Of a DNA stretch of 64,000 bases, positions 11,891 to 24,900 are shown piece by piece. The translations under genes were made by a program, and so were the position numbers. Position 1 is the first letter of the stretch, and each line of letters opens with the position of its first letter. The stretch is from the NCBI GenBank assembly GCA_964106915.2, contig OZ066914.1, one strand, 5' to 3'. The DNA is from Podarcis gaigeae. Lineage: Eukaryota. A model generated the notes under the pieces. That model ran no database searches. It was not told where the DNA came from and saw only the letters and a program-made list of their open reading frames with translations.

Positions 11891-14562
11891 GCTGATGGGA
11901 TAAACACAACTTTGCTACTGATTGCTCCGGGCAAAAGTCTCCACTTGTGTTTCTAATAAATGTGTATCCACAATCCTCTTAAATCCCCTATAGAGCAGCA
12001 GAAGCTGGCCAGTATATTAGCAATGCACTCCTTCAGTATATGTGTTTTTGTTCATATTTTAAAACAGGTTTTTGTAACAACCATTAGCTATGTGTTTATT
12101 TCTGTTCACACAAGCTTCTGGTGGGCATGGAGTTTCCTACTAGAGCCCAGCAGGTCAATTTGCTTTTGTAGGAGAAAGCTACCTTCCACCTTGCAGACCA
12201 AAGTGGAAGCAGCTGGCAACCTTGCAAAATCTGATGGGGATTTATAACACACAACTAGGGCTATTCTGCATTACCCATAGATCTGTACATTTGCAATCAG
12301 CTGTCTGCAAAAATAAAAACTAGAATGACATAAAAGGACAGTGTGCAGATCCGCACCCAGGACACCCTCTTGCTCCATTTTCATGGCAATGGAAGCTGTA
12401 AGAACCTATCACCCACCAACATACGGTAACCTTTGTGGAATGGTGCCTAGTACCTGGGATGGAAGCAATTCCCTTTAAAAGCCACTGAACAGAAATTTAG
12501 GGTTGATTCTGTTTTCAGCAGAGGTTCCTAGAGGGCACCGGGCACCTTTGGAGTAGGGCAGAGCAGTACCTCTGCAGGGAGCGTAAGATTCTATACCCAC
12601 AATCTTACTACGTGCTTTCCTACCCAATGCTGCAGGGTACTGCTTGGAAAAGGTATTCACGGGCACCCAAGAATTGGTTTTTAAAAACTCGGGATGAGAA
12701 AATTGCCTTTAACACTTTGATCATTGTCAGTCTCAGATCAGTATTGACGCATAGATTGCTGCTGGATTTCATCTTCATAGTCTTTGCTGGAAAACCTCTC
12801 TAGCAAAGATAAGTTCTACCAAATGGCAGCAGCATTGATGTCATCAGCAAGCTCGGGATACTCAGTGATAATATAAAGCCAAAATTCAGTTGACAGCACT
12901 TCCAAAATTTAATTATCTCTGAGGGTCCTAATGCACAACAATTCAATGCAGTTATTTTTTTTACAGAAAAAGAAACCTTGTGAAAATAATTGCAAATGGG
13001 TTTCACACACATACCAACTTCTATTTATTCAGCAGAAAAGTGGACAAATTTTACATGTAGTGAATCTATGTGGCTCATGATGATTTGTTTAATGTTACTT
13101 TTAATCTCATCTGCTTTATCTTCAAGTGAAACAAATTTCGTCAAGCATGGAAACTTACCCATTGTGACCTGCCAAACTCAAACTCTATTTTTCCCATGAA
13201 AGCTTAGACTTTGCCTACACATGTAAATATGTTTTTATCTCTATCTTGTACGTTTAAATTCAACTTATTCTGATTACCAAACATGCCAGTTTGGTATCCA
13301 TCTGAATTGGCCAAATTATTTGCAAGTCCAGACCTTTTGTTTGAAAGAAATCCATTTACCTCTTGTCTTAACTCAGGCTCCCTGTAGCATATAACCCCTT
13401 AAACACCAACAAACATCTGTGTGATGTAATAGGTGTAGATATTCATAACTCATCTCCTAGCGTAAGATTTCTAACGTGTTGAATGACCTGGCTTTGATAA
13501 AGGCAACAATTTTCACTGAATTGCTAGTACTTCATGAAGCATTAACCTAGCTCTTTTGCTGCCAATGAATGGTTCATGTTGTAGGAAGCAGTGATAAGCT
13601 ACATTTTTAACTTGCTGTACTGAGCAATTGTTTATATTGCCACTGCTTAAGAGTACTGAAAAGTACTTGGAGCCATGCATCTGTGACTACCTTTTATTGT
13701 GTGCACTTTGCTCCAGACATAGTGTTTGTGCATAGGTTGTCTTTCCTGCTTGAGAACCACTACTTAGCTTCAAATCAAATTGGCACCTTTTTGTGTTACT
13801 GCTTCCCATAGCCACCTTTCTTAATAGGTATGTGAAGCCTTCATGTTCATTTCCTCCAGAGGAGGTTGCTGTCCTATCTTAACTAATTCAGGTACTTTTC
13901 ATGTAACTGAAGAGATAATAGCTTCAGCATTTCTGTAGCATTTCTACTCTACTGTGAAAACTCAAGCACTGACCTGACATTTGAAGGCTAAAGTTTTTTT
14001 AATGCTCTTTAAAAAACAATATCCCTAGGGGATATGTTAAATCTAACCGTTTAACTCCCTGATTTCCATCAGAGCCATTGTACAGAGAGAGGTGGTTTAA
14101 TTCTTCCTACCCCCTACAAACCTAATTGGGGCAGGGCAGGAAATCCTCCTGTAATTACCAAAAGGTAAAAAGCTCCCCTGGGAGCCGATTGGAGCTTCCA
14201 TCTCAATTACCAACTAGAGTTGGGTGGTGCTCTCTGTCAAGGATTTGTCCAAGAGACAAACGTTGCACATGGATGAGTGGCTGGCAACTTACACTGCTGT
14301 CTTTCAGGTCAGGATATTCCCCATCTTGCCTGCTGACAAATGCAGACTGCTACATGGGATGTTTGTTTATATTTATTAACTTCCAATATGCAGAGGCCAC
14401 ATTTCCCCATGGGTGGTTACAAAGCAGCTTACGGAACTATCAATAAAACATTGCTATCAAATAACACAGAGTTTGAAGCAAAACGAAAAACAGTAACAGG
14501 TAAAGAGCACAAGTTCCATAAACAGGCATAATGCAACCTACTTAAAATGCCTGCTAGAATAA

Positions 14563-14880
14563 AAAGGTAAAGGGATCCCTGACCATTAGGTCCAGTCGTG
14601 ACCAACTCGGGTTGCGGCGCTCATCTCACTTTATTGGCCGAGGGAGCCGGCGTATAGCTTCCGGGTACAGCATGGCCAGCATGACTAAGCTGCTTCTGGC
14701 GAACCAGAGCAGCACACGGAAACACCATTTATCTTCCCGCCGGAGCGGTACCTATTTATCTACTTGCACTTTGACGTGCTTTCAACGGGAGTTCACCCCG
14801 TCACAGGGATTTGAACCGCCGACCTTCTGATCGGGAAGTCATAGGCTCTTTGGTTTAACCCACAGCGCCACCCACGTCCC
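14563..14880 (-). mobile_element. Sauria-type SINE with internal deletion
   Basis: Reverse complement of the 745-1095 family; AAAGGTAAAG tail, head ends CCCACGTCCC. Confidence 0.88.
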
Positions 14881-15998
14881 TTAGCCCACTAGAATAGGAA
14901 GGTATTTATCCAGTGCCTGCAATTCAACAGGGAGGGGCCCCATCAGATCTCACCTGGAAGGGAGTAGAAGAAAAGGATCCCTTTTCCACACAATAGTATC
15001 TAACTTTAGCTAGCCTTGTGCTGGGACTTGACAACAATTGTGTTGGGCTCCCCCACCCCCTTTGGGCCAAGTCACAGTGCTGTCAGGTAACTTGTTTTTC
15101 TTTGCTATCTGAAATCAAACCATATTGGCAAAGGCACAGTGCTTTGCAAGCACTCATGATCAGATGGCCCATTTGCTTACTTTTAATAATGGACAGATTA
15201 GTTCTATGGACTGGCCCTTATTAACAGATAGATGTGTATAAGTGGGCCATTATGGGACATGCATACTGCTGCACCAATCCAAAGCCACAAACTATGATAG
15301 ACAACTGCTGTTGGATGCACTTTGTTCATGTTTCACAGGTAAATATGCAGACACAACTGTTTGGGGTTGAAGAACCATCAATCTTGCTGAATTGAAAAGA
15401 TCTTGCATTCTCTTTAGCAAATGTACATTCACTTTCATTTAGTGGTACACTTTGAAGTGCTGGAGTTCATTATGACAGATCCCACAGCATCAACCTTGAG
15501 GAGTGAAAAAATGCAGGCACTTCCACACATGCACAAACACAAACCAAAGAACAGTAGTACATTTAACAGCCAATTGGTTATAATCAGCATGCCTACAATC
15601 CTGGGAATAATATCCATTGCTTGTAGTAGTGCTGCACAGATTCAATTTTGCATGCACATTGCATCTTAACAAAATATGTTCAGGCAACTGGAATGTAACT
15701 TTTAATTAGATGTGCAAGGCAAGTGTTTTAATTTAGAATGCTGGTAAGTAGGAAACCTATTTTTTAAAAAGAAAGTTTTGCCTAACCTCTGCTGGATTAA
15801 GTTTCTCGTTCTCTGGCTTCATCTATGACAAACTATCACAAACAAAAGTCTCATCATCACCTCATTCACTTGCCAGTACAAGGAAGTTCTTCAATTAATC
15901 TTGAACTCCAGCAAAAACATTGTGGCTCCTACTCAAGGTACTGGAACTGCCTAAACCACCATCCCCCCTCATTGGTTATATTTTTATTTCTTCTCCAA

Positions 15999-18900
15999 TC
16001 ACTCTTCAGTATTACCACCAACTGGAAACCAGAAATATTCAATGATTTTCCTGCCTCTTCTAGCAGGTGTTCTCTCCTGCAGTTCAGCAGGACAAAGTCC
16101 ACACATCTGAGGATGTCCAGGGTTTGAACTGGGTGCAACAACTCTGTGCAAAATCCTGCAGAGAAATAAAGACTCAACATAATAGTTAATGCAAAAACTC
16201 AGTATGTCTGCAGCATAGTTTCTCTACTGCATGTTATTTCCCCATTTCACTAGTATGTATTTATTTAAGCCTCCTTTTGGTGCATGTACACTTTAGGGTT
16301 GCCATATGTCTAGAATTTCCCAGACATATACGGAATACTGCAGTTGGAATCAGTGTCCAGGCAGAAATTGCTGGAATGTCCGGGGAAATCCAGATGTATC
16401 TGTGTCAGCAGTGTCGTTATTTTGGCGATTTTACTTAAAAATAGCTCCAATTTTATTTTATTTTTATTTTATTTTGTGATATTGTCACAAAAGCTCAACA
16501 ACCTTTCTGTCTGGATTTCTGTCTGAAATACGGCAACCCTGATGTACAGTATATACAAGCAATGATTGTATGGGAGAAATGAGGGGTAAGAGAAAAAATG
16601 ACAAGTAGAGTGTTTGGAATACTAGGCTGGATCAGTCTGTACAAACAGATTTGCTCCCTGTACAAGTGAGCAATCACTAGGCTCCTTAGTTTACTCACTG
16701 AAAGCAGCAAACAAAAGGAAATGCTTCTTGTGATCATCAGAACATACGTTATGGGAAAGTGTGTATCTCTTTAACAAGATACTGACTTCCCCCTTGACCA
16801 GAAGTCAAACTCAGAAGTGCAGCCCTAATCTAGGGGTTCCCAACATAGTGCCCATGGGCACTGGTATGCCTGCCAGTACCTCCTATGGTGCCTACCAAAG
16901 GTCTCACTAAATATCCCCTAAAAATCCACAATGCATGAGAGAGCTCTTCCTGCTCTCTTCTTTGCAGTGCCTCAGTCTCTCCTACACCAAACACCCACAG
17001 TTCGTCATATGCCAGGAGAGGAGAGAGAAGAGTGGAGATGCAAAGAGCTGCTCTCTATGAATGAGTGCAGCAGTGCTTTATGTAGGTGCCCCACCACCAC
17101 CAATTGATTGGGGATGTGCTTGTCCACACCATTCTGTGGCCCTGCCTCTTTTTCTGCTCTTTTGGCTACGTTATGTCACACCTTAGGGAAGCCATTTTGT
17201 GTTAATCAGCACAACCCCCCACAGTAGCCATTTTGTGACCTGGCTATGGCATATTCTCAAAACTCCAAATAGCCCCAAAGGTTTGGCAACCCCGCTCTGA
17301 TTAATCTAAGCAGTAGGACTACTGGGACTAGAGACAGACCCAGTGTTCCCAGTGGTCTAGATCCAATTGTACATAGGTTCTTTTTCAGGTAACTTACTTT
17401 TCCTTAAATAATAACAAGTGTGGGGAAGCCACACTTTCTAAAAAGGCAGTGCCCAGGGAGGGGAGACTTATCTCTGCACTCCCCTCCACAATGAGTGAAA
17501 AAGGGATCCTTTGGATCCTCTGGTCTGGTTTATGCAGGGTTAAAAGAGAGCATATTCACCTATTTCCGGAGAACAATCCCCCCCCTTTTTTTTTAAACTG
17601 ATTGCATTGTATTACAGCCTGTGAGAGAACTGCTTAACACGATCAAAGTGACCTCAGCTTGCTGTCTGTGCGGTCTTCTACCAAGTTAATGCAAAAAGAC
17701 GGGTGGCAAACCAAAACTAGAGACAGCCTAGTTGTAATACTTTTTCCACCCAACATTGCTTTTATGAAGCTGGGAGTATGTTCTGTGCCTTTAATTTTAA
17801 AAAATCTGCATAGCTGAGATTAAAGATAAATTTTGTTTTTATTCAGTTTACCAAGTGACTATGATAACAAAACTACATTTGGGATAAATTAAGTAAGTGG
17901 AGGGGGTAGAGCAAAGAAAAAAATAGTCACATTTTTAAACTATATTTAGCCCTTTTTATGTTGGAAGAAAGCAAAGCCATTTACAGTATAAAGCTTAATT
18001 GGCTCTCCAGGGTACCCGATAAGTTTCCCACTTATCATACAAAGGGGTGAGTTGATGCAGTTAAAATTGTTCATTTGACAGCTGATGTTTAGATCAGCCT
18101 TCCTCATCCTGGTGCCCTTCACATATTTTGGAGGGCAGCTGTCATTATCCCTGACCACTGGTTTTGCTGGCTAGGGCTGATGGGAGTTTGGACCCCAAAA
18201 CATCTGGAGAGTATCAGGTTGGGCATAGCTAGCTCAGGTTAATAAAGCACTGTTGATTTACATGACATGTCCTGGTTTTCGGGTGTAAAAATGGCGTCGG
18301 GGAAATGTATGGCAATGTGATGGAAAAAGCAGCTTTTTGAAATACGACAGCCCTAATTTACAAAGGCTTTACAGAACAAAAAACAATACATGTTTCTTTG
18401 CTGAGGAACACAATATTTAGGCAAGGAGCGGCAAAAGACAGAGAAAGACGAGCAGCAAGAGCAGCAAGTGATAAGTGCGGAGAATTTAGAAGCTACATGA
18501 ATTTAGGGCTTATCTCAATGAGGACTAAAAGGTGGAGCAAAGGCTCCGCATCTTGTGTGGTTTTGAGGAAAGATCTGAAGGAAGGAAGAGGAGTGCCACC
18601 ACACAGGTTTTCGGGGAGGGATGTTCAAGCAAAAGGGGTGATGGAAGGATGTAGTTCCTGGGCTAAAGTGAGTCCCTATAAGAAAGCCATATTAGAGGAG
18701 CTCTGTTGGGTTAGATCCAAAGGTCCACCTTGTCCTGTTTCGCACAGCAGCCAACTAAAAATGCCTCTAGGAAACCCCAAAGCAGGACATTAGAAGCAAA
18801 ATCCCTCTGCTGTTGTAGCTCCCCAGTAATGGTTATTCAGCAGCCTACTGCCTCTGAAACTGAATGTTCCATTTATCCTCCATGACTCGTAGCCATTGGC

Positions 18901-21900
18901 AGCCTGATCTCCCATGAATTTGCCTCATGCCTTTCTAAAATCATAAACATAAGTCAGTGACCATCAAGACTAGCTTTAGATGGTCATCTTGTGACATTGT
19001 TCTATACATATGTGCTGTGTGAAATGTGTTTCCTTTCCTCTGTCCTGAATTTTCCAACATTCAGCTTCATTGCTTCATTGGATTGCCCTAAGTATTATGA
19101 AATGGAGGTGGGGCACAACAATTTTCTCTGTACCAGGAATATTTTTTAAAAATGCTTTTTTCACTGAGCCACTTTTTTTGTTAAACTGAAAAGCCCCAAA
19201 TATGGTAACCCTGGAGAGAAAACGCTCCAGATTCCTAATAATTTTGGTTGCCCTTTTCTGCATCTTTTCTAGTCCTACAATTTCTCCCCCTCCATTATTT
19301 TTTTAAAAAGATGGAGCAGCCAGAATTGTACATAATATTATTGTAGCACCCTTACACAAACACTCTCCAACAGTATCTGTACATTGAGGCCCAGGGCAAT
19401 CAGTCCAGGACAATAGGCAGCAACATTTTATTTACTTATTTATACTTTTGTGATTAGGAAAGTGATGGGAAAACACATAGAAAAGTGTGCAATGAGCTCA
19501 TGATTATAGGTAAGTGTCAGGTCTGCCTCTAGATCCCAGCTCACAGAGGACCAACGCCCGGTGGATATAATGTACAAAAGTCTTTATTGAAGTTTAGTTT
19601 CCATTTCAAAGCTCTGGGCGCGCAGACCCACGTCTTGACGCTAGACCGGCTAAGTCCCCTCTGACTCACTGCTCCACCTACACCAGTTTAAGATTCTAGC
19701 CCGGCTCCACCTCCTACGCTGTTCTTTCCTTCGCTGGGTCCTTCTGCCCTCTGGGGTTTCCTCCTTCCTGGACTCCTCTGACGCTGAGCCTCCTGAGTCT
19801 TGCCCCTCCCTCCGGCGGGCTTTAGGACCTGGCTCCCTTCCCTTCCCGGGCTCCCCGCTGTGCCGCGCTCCTGTACATTTGAACTTGGCGCGCGCGCCCA
19901 GCCGGTGACTTTCCTTCTGACCGTTTCCCCGCTTCCTGATGTGGGCGTTGCCAAACCTGACTCCTCTCCTCCCTCTGGTGGTGAGGACACTGGTCCCGAC
20001 TCCTGGGACTCCCCCTCCCCACTGCGCTCTGGTGGAGAAGCTGGTCCTGATTTCCAACTGCTGCTCAGGGACTCCCCGCTGGCCCCTTCCTCCTGGGGCT
20101 TCCCCCCTGGAACCCCCCTCACTCTGGCCACCGGCGCTCCCTTCTGTGAGTCCTCCGATTCGCTAGAGAGGCTTGTGGAATAACTCTGGCCACTGTCACT
20201 GCCTGCGCCCCCCTCGTACTCCTCCTCCTCACTCTCCATTTGCTCCCCCTCCTGTGTCTCTCCTTCTGAACCCCTGACATCCATCCCCCCTCGAAGCCCC
20301 CCCTTCCCCCCTCCCCCTCTTCAGGTGCGGGTTCCGGGTGCTCTAGAGTTGTCGGGGTGAGTTCAGGATACAGTTCGTCCCCCGAGGCGTGCAGCCAGCG
20401 TGATAAGTCCGGAAAGTCCTCCATGGGCTCGTCGACTGCGATTCCCTCCGCTTCCATCTCCTGGGCGGTGTGTTCGAAATCTGAGGCCGCCCCCAAATCA
20501 CTCAAAACCCCTTCTCCCCCTGTCGCCTGAGGTGACGCCACTTCCCAGGGTCCCTCCGACATGTCTCTGCGCCATCCCACTTCGGGTTGGTCCTCCCACC
20601 AATAAGATCCCCCCGTGCCAAAACCTGAGAGCGAGCCCTCTGGGGAGCTGCCTCCCGGAGCCGAGTCCTCCGCTGACGAGAAACCCCGGAAAGTGCTGGC
20701 CGATAGTGTGGGTGTGAACAGACAATCATCGAAAAAGCCCGCCGGCATAGGCTTGTGCGGGAAAAGTGTATGGAATTCTTCCTTGAGCAACTGCTCCTCC
20801 AATGCGTAATCCCGCACCCACCTGTTGGCGCTGGCCGGGGTGTCCTCTGTGGCGAGAAGATATTCAATCCCGTCCTCCCCCCACCTTGAGTCTAAAATCT
20901 CTGTGGCTTCATTAAGCGTCCCCGCTCTCGGCGACCCTCCTTTTCTGGGTGCTTCCCTGAGCGGGTCTGGTGCTGTCCCTGGTGCCTGAAACCTGTGGGG
21001 CCCTTTGTAGGGTGTGAGCACTGATCTATGAAAGACCGGGTGCATTCTGGACCCCTCCGGGAGTGTTAACCGGAAGGCCACTGGGTTGATCTGCGCCTCT
21101 ACTTGGTAAGGCCCTAGCTGCTTGTGCCCTAGCTTCTTCTTGGCCAACGATCTGGCCGGAACTGCCTGGGCTGCTAACCAGACCCAGTCTCCTACCCGGA
21201 TGTCTTCCCCAACCCTCCTGTGTCGGTCTGCCTGCACTTTGTAAGCCTGTTTCGCCATCTCTAACTGCCTCCTGAGCTGCTCGTGGATCTCCTGCAACTC
21301 CGCTGCCACGGCCTCTGCTCCCTGCGGCTCCCCCTCCCTCACTTTCTCCAAACCCGGGAAGGTTCTGGGATGCCGCCCATTGTTGGCGAAAAACGGTGTC
21401 ACCCCCGTGGACCCGTGCTTCGTGTTGTTGTAGGCAAACTCGGCCAACGGTAGATAGTCCACCCAGGTCGAGGGCTGCTGGTTCGCGTAGCATCTCAGGT
21501 ACTGCTGCATGATGGCGTTGACTCTCTCCGCCTGTCCGTTAGTCTGCGGGTGTCGCGCCGACGCCAGGCTGACCTTGACGTTCAGGAAACCCATCAGCTT
21601 TTGCCAGAAGTTGGATATGAACTGGCGCCCCCTGTCGGACAGGATGGACCGTGGTAGGCCGTGCACCTTGAACACGTGTTCTATAAACAGCTTGGCGGTC
21701 TGCTCGGCTGTGGCCACCTTCGCGCAAGGAATGAAGTGGGTCATCTTGGTGAACAAGTCTACTACCACGAGTACTGCCGTCTTGCCTCTCGAGCTGGGCA
21801 GATCCGTGACAAAGTCCAGGGCCACCCTCTCCCACGGTTCGAACGGTGCCTGTAGCGGTTCCAACAGGCCCGCCGGCGGCTGGTGTACTGGTTTGGCCCT

Positions 21901-24900
21901 TTGGCAGGTGTCGCACCTATTGACGTATTCCGCGACATCCCCCCTCATCTTGGGCCACCAAAGGTCTCTGGCTACTAGGTCCACCGTCTTCTCCTTGCCA
22001 AAGTGTCCCGCGCTGGGCGCGTCGTGCAGCTGTTGCAGGACCCTCGCGCGGAGGTTGTCTCCCGGCACGTAGAGGGCTCCTTTGCGGATGAGCAGGCCGT
22101 CGCGTATTTGGAAGTCGTCGTCCCTCGCCGTGCCGCTACGCACCTCCTCCATCTTGGATCGCGCGAATAAGTCCGTCTGCAGCGCGCGACGCACCACGTC
22201 CAGGTCCACCGTGGCTGACGCGCATGCCCACGCCTTTGGTGCGAAAATATGCTTGGCCGCCGCCGGCGCCTCTTCTTCGAGATACTGCGGTTTCCTGGAC
22301 AGCGCGTCCGCCATGATGTTGTTGTTTCCAGGGATGTATTCTATTCTGAAGTCGAAATCTGCAAATAACTCCGCCCAGCGGATGTGTCTCTGGTTCAGGA
22401 ACCTCGCCGTGCGCCAGTACTCCAAGTTCTTATGGTCTGTACGGACCTGCACCGTGTGTTTGGCCCCGACGAGGAAATGCCACCACGCCTTGAAGGCTGC
22501 ATGTATGGCCAGTAACTCCCTGTCCCAGATGGTGTAGTTCTGCTCCGACTTGCTGAGTTTCCTGGAGTAGAAAGCGCACGGCCTCCAGTCCCCCTGGTGG
22601 TCTTGCTGCAACAGGACAGCCCCCACGGCCCTGTCTGACGCGTCCGTCTCCACTCTCATGGGCCTGCTGGGGTTCACGTGTAGCAGGTGTTCCTCGGACA
22701 CGAAGAGGTGCTTGAGCTTCTGAAAGGACTGCTCTGCCTGCTCCGTCCAGATCAACTTCTTCTTCTTGGAACTGAGGGTGTCAGTGATGGCCGCTGTCTG
22801 CATGGCGAAACCTTTGATGAACTTGCGATAAAAGTTGGCAAAGCCGACAAACCTCTGGACTTCCTTTCGATTGCGTGGGCTCTTCCAGTCCAGCACTGCA
22901 CGTACTTTGGTACTGTCCATGGCGAGTCCCTTGTCGGACAGTTTGTAGCCCAGGAAGTCCACCTCCGTCTTGTCGAACTGGCACTTCTCCAGCTTGGCGT
23001 AAAGCCGGTGCTCCCGCAGCCGCTGCAGGACTTCCCTGACATCTCTCTCGTGAGCCTCCGGCGACTCTGAGAAGATGAGGATGTCGTCCAGGAAGCAGAC
23101 GCACTTCTTGTAGAGAAGACCCGCCAAGACATGATGCATGAATGCTTGAAAACAGTGGGAGCCATTTTGTAATCCAAAAGGCATAACTCTATATTCATAG
23201 GTGCCCAGCGGCGTAAACATGGCCGTTTTCCACTCGTCACCTTCCCGCACGCGAATGAGATTGTACGCTCCGCGCAGATCCAACTTGGTAAAAATGCGGC
23301 CCTTCCGCACCGTCGCCAGCAGGTCATCGATCTTGGGCATAGGGAAGGCTGAGGGCTTGGTTTTCGAATTTAAGACGCGGAAGTCCACGACCAGCCTCTT
23401 CCCGCTTCTTTACAAAGAATACAGGGCTGCCCCCCACCGCCTTGGACTCTCGGATGAATCTCCGCTTCAAGTTGTGATCTATGAACTCCCTGAGCTCCTG
23501 CAATTCATCCTCAGACATGGAATACAGTTTCCCCGTCGGGAGCGTCGCCCCCGGCAGGAGGTCAATCTTGCAGTCGTAGGGTCTGTGGGGAGGCAGCTTG
23601 TCCGCTTCTTTCTCGCAGAAGACCTCCAAAAACTCTTTGTACTTGTTAGGTACCGCTTGCAACATGCCCAAGTTCAGCTGTGGTCCATCCTCGTGCCCCT
23701 CATCTTCCAAGTCAGCCAGGATGCAGTGTTCTGCGCAGTAGGAGGAGCCGAAGGTCAGTTGCCGCTGGTACCAAGCTAATGCTGGGCTGTGCCTATCCAG
23801 CCAACTCATTCCCAACACTATGGGCGTGTCTGACAGGCGGGTGACGTTGAAGCTGATGACTTCGCGGTGATTACCAATGCGCATCACCATTGGCGGCGTC
23901 TGCTGTAGCACTTGCCCTCCCAGTAGCTCCCTGCCGTCCACCGTGACGACGTTCAGAGGTACCGTCGCTGGCAGAAGGGCTATGCCATGTTGCTGGATGA
24001 ACTCCATGCCTATAAAATCTGCATTGCTCCCAGAGTCAATGGTAATGGGGATTTCCACAGTGAGCCCATTGGGAAGGTGAAGGGATGCGGTGAGCTGCAC
24101 TACTGGTGTGGGTAGGAGGGGGTCTGTGGGCTGTAACATTACTGGGGATTGCTTCACTGACTTGTCTGGCTGGCCCCCAGTGACTCCATTTCCAGCCAGA
24201 CAGTGGAGTTTTCCTGCTGTGATTCACTCTGCTGAACTGCTTCTGTTACTGTCGCTGCGGCTGCAGTGTGCTTGTGAAACCGCTGGGGACACTCTTTCGC
24301 CATGTGCTGAGCACTGTCGCAGATGTAGCACTTCCTGGTCCCTCTAGGAGGCTTCATTTTGACTGCTCCCGGCGTTAGGGCTCCGGCTGTGGACTGAGCC
24401 TTAGCACCACCTATCTCCATCGGCTCCTCTCCCCCTCCCAGCGGAGGCATGGATCGAGCGCGCGCCACTTCCTTGGGAAAGGGGGGCGGTCCTCTCGCTG
24501 TCGTGCGTCCCCAATGCCCTTCCTCCTTGTCCCAAGGGCGTCCTTCCAGCCTAACCCCAATCGTGAGTGCCCTCTCCACAACGTCTTTGGTGGTTTGGGG
24601 TCTCTCTCCCCTTGCAATTTCGTCTTTCACAGCTCCGTTCAGCCCCTCCCAGAACAGGTCTCTGACGGCAGACGATTCTCTCTCCCAGCTCAGTACATTC
24701 ACCAATGCAAAAAGGCGTGAATGATATTGCCTTACAGTGGCTCTGCCTTGTCTTAGTCCGTGAATCTCTCTCCTAGCGATATCCACATCAATCTCAGACA
24801 AAAAACACGCATCCATCACTTTAAGGAAGGCAACCGCATTTTGGAGGGCTGGATCCTTATCTCTCCAGAGATTGCGCAGCCAGGATTTAGCCTCTCCCCG

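Noticed and set aside
15929-16180. 83-aa - strand ORF from the ORF track
   Set aside because: It starts within the polypyrimidine tract; the splice phase from exon 26967-26900 selects a different frame (ILHRVV...GGNTEE*).
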